Positions 62,186-64,000 of a stretch of 64,000 bases of DNA are shown here, one piece after another (position 1 is the first letter of the stretch; the number at the start of each line of letters is the position of its first letter). This DNA comes from Histomonas meleagridis 2922-C6/04-290x (lineage: Eukaryota > Protista > Parabasalia): NCBI GenBank assembly GCA_020184695.1, contig JAANOX010000151.1, positions 28,964 through 92,963 of the forward strand, given 5' to 3'. Under the pieces are notes generated by a model. The model was not told the DNA's origin, did no database searches, and saw only the letters and a list, made by a program, of their open reading frames with translations. The position numbers and the translations under genes were made by a program.

Positions 62186-63566
62186 ATGAATAGAAAGCCA
62201 AAATACTCAACAAAACTAAGTAATGTCACAACAGATGCAGTAATTCTTCCACACAATGATTGGAAACGAGTCAAAAGAACAGCAACACGTCTTACACCAA
62301 CTCAGCGTGCTGAAATTGCACGAAAACAAGAAGAAGAAAAAACAAAAACCATGAAACAAATACAAACAAAACGCAGTAAAATGTTTACATCGAGCATTGC
62401 ACCCGAAACATTTTCTAATACACATAAAAAATTGGATTCTTATGAAGATAAAGATTATGCACTTCAAATAGCCGAAACAAAAGCCAATGAAGATCTTGAT
62501 GAGATAAAACATATTAAAAGCCAAATGGCTGCAGCCGAAGCACGTACAATTTGTGACCAACAATTACATGAACATGAGCTTGCGCGTCAACGAGAAAAAG
62601 AAGAAAAAGAACAATGGGACAAAAAGCTCGAAGAGAATCGCCAAGCCGCAGTTCATCTATATGAAGAGCGTGAACGTATTCTTCGTGAACAACGCATTCG
62701 CGGTCGAGATGTCATCAAAGCGCAAATCGAAGAGAAGAAGATCAATTCGATACTCGAAGCCGAGCGCCGTGATCGTGAGAACAAAGCGCTTGCAGAACAA
62801 AATGCGTTAATAGCCGAAGAAGATCGACAAATTGCACTTATGCGCCGTCGTCAGCAACAAGATTTTCTTCATGATTGTCTTCAAGCGAATGAAGCGCAAA
62901 AGCAGCGACGTATTGCTGAGCGCCAACGCGAGAAAGACGAAGCGCAAATGGTCATAGATTTCCAAGCAGAGAAAGCGTTACGTGAAGAAAGAATCGAGCA
63001 AGAAAAGGCTGCGCAACGAGCACTGAAAGAGCGCGAAATCGCAGAGATCCAACGGAAGCAAAAGCGCGCAATTGATATGCAATCAATTCGCGACGAGATG
63101 ATGGCGGAACGTGTCCAAGAAGAACGTAACCGCATCCAAAATGAAAGAGAAGAAGCGGAACATAAGAAAGCGGAAAATGATCGAATGCAAACAATGCGAG
63201 ATCGGAAGATGATGATTGAAGCTAAGCGATTAAAAGCAATCGACAGGAAGACTCGATGGGCGAAGAGTGCGAAAGAACAAAAGAAAACATATAATCCAAA
63301 AGCAGGCATGCACGTAAAGGCGAAAAGAACAATACTTGGCAGAGTATGCAGAAAGCAGAAGTATAGAAAGAGCTGAAACAACAAATGGATGGGGAAATAG
63401 AGAAAAGAAAATCGATCCGCAAAAGAAAAGAGAAGAAGCACAAAAATATCAGGAAGAGAATCAAAGATATTTGGAGAAATTGGAAAGAATAAGAGAAGAG
63501 AAATTACAGATATTAAGAAATAAAGGTGTACCAGAAAAATATCTGGTCTTACGAAAAGTAATATAA
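62186..63566 (+). CDS. CFAP45: CFAP45 (CCDC19) trichoplein-family axonemal protein, with several frameshifts in the last ~300 nt
   Basis: EDLDEIKHIKSQMAAAEARTICDQQL, REQRIRGRDVIKAQIEE, EKEREIAEIQRKQKRA. The C-terminal motif REEKLQILRNKGVPEKY is in another frame (63336-63566). Confidence 0.8.
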
Positions 63567-63638
63567 ATTAGTAACATATAAAGAAATAATAAACAAAATC
63601 ATTAATATATAAAATAGGAAAAATTGTTTATCACATAA

Positions 63639-63935
63639 ATCTTTGATTTTAATCAAACAATTGAACCATCACTTTATGAAAGATGTTCATTTGTTAATAA
63701 AAAGAATGTTAGATTAATTGATTATGCAGCATTTTTTTCATCAGTTAAATGTTTTAAATTTTTACTTATGAATGGTTCAAATGTATTAAACACAGGTAAA
63801 TATGCAGTTGCAGGTGGAAATATTGAAATCATTCATTTATGTGAACAAAATCATTCTTTATTTGATAAAGCATATGAAACAGCAATAAAATTTTATCAAA
63901 ATGATATCTTTAAATATATTTATGATAATAAATAA
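63639..63935 (+). pseudogene. DUF3447 fragment without a start codon
   Basis: FDFNQTIEPSLYERCSFVNKKNVRLIDYAAFFSSVKCFKFLLMNGSNVLNTGKYAVAGGNIEIIHLCEQ...YIYDNK*, closely similar to 4800-5030. Confidence 0.8.
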
Positions 63936-64000
63936 GATACAATCAAAGTCACGCTCTAAAGTCACACATTATTTGATAGATCTTTGTATTCAAAAGATAA

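Noticed and set aside
1-64000. rRNA, tRNA, intact transposase or viral (Maverick) genes
   Set aside because: None recognised by eye; tRNAscan-SE, Infernal and a repeat-library search would be needed to exclude small RNAs.

Overview
AT-rich, gene-dense eukaryotic DNA that reads as a parabasalid (trichomonad; Tritrichomonas/Histomonas-like) genome. Evidence for that: single-exon housekeeping genes, BspA-type LRR and DUF3447/ankyrin gene families, and bacterial-looking metabolic genes. The genus is inference. About 27 plausible CDSs are present: ciliary genes (TMEM231, IFT38, FOP/FOR20-like, TBCC-domain, CFAP410, IFT56, CFAP45), housekeeping genes (RFC1, eIF2B-beta, GPN2, SF3B6, a CDK, VPS9, CLN3, a nucleotide-sugar transporter) and two probable bacterial transfers (alpha/beta hydrolase, ATP-dependent dihydroxyacetone kinase). 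There are also several pseudogene relics. Three things stand out. (1) Ankyrin repeats are each interrupted at the same codon by a 76-77 nt T-rich spacer with a conserved hairpin core exactly 39 nt from its 3' end. This occurs at three unlinked loci, without consistent GT-AG ends or the parabasalid branch motif: a candidate undescribed intervening-sequence system. (2) An 18.2 kb single ORF (6065 aa) fuses pseudokinase, Sel1, a six-module midasin-type AAA ring, three VWA domains and an unassigned alpha/beta domain. (3) A 733 nt inverted, internally deleted copy of that gene's 3' end lies 30 kb away. No rRNA, tRNA or CRISPR array was recognised. All family assignments are by eye from motifs; no searches were run.
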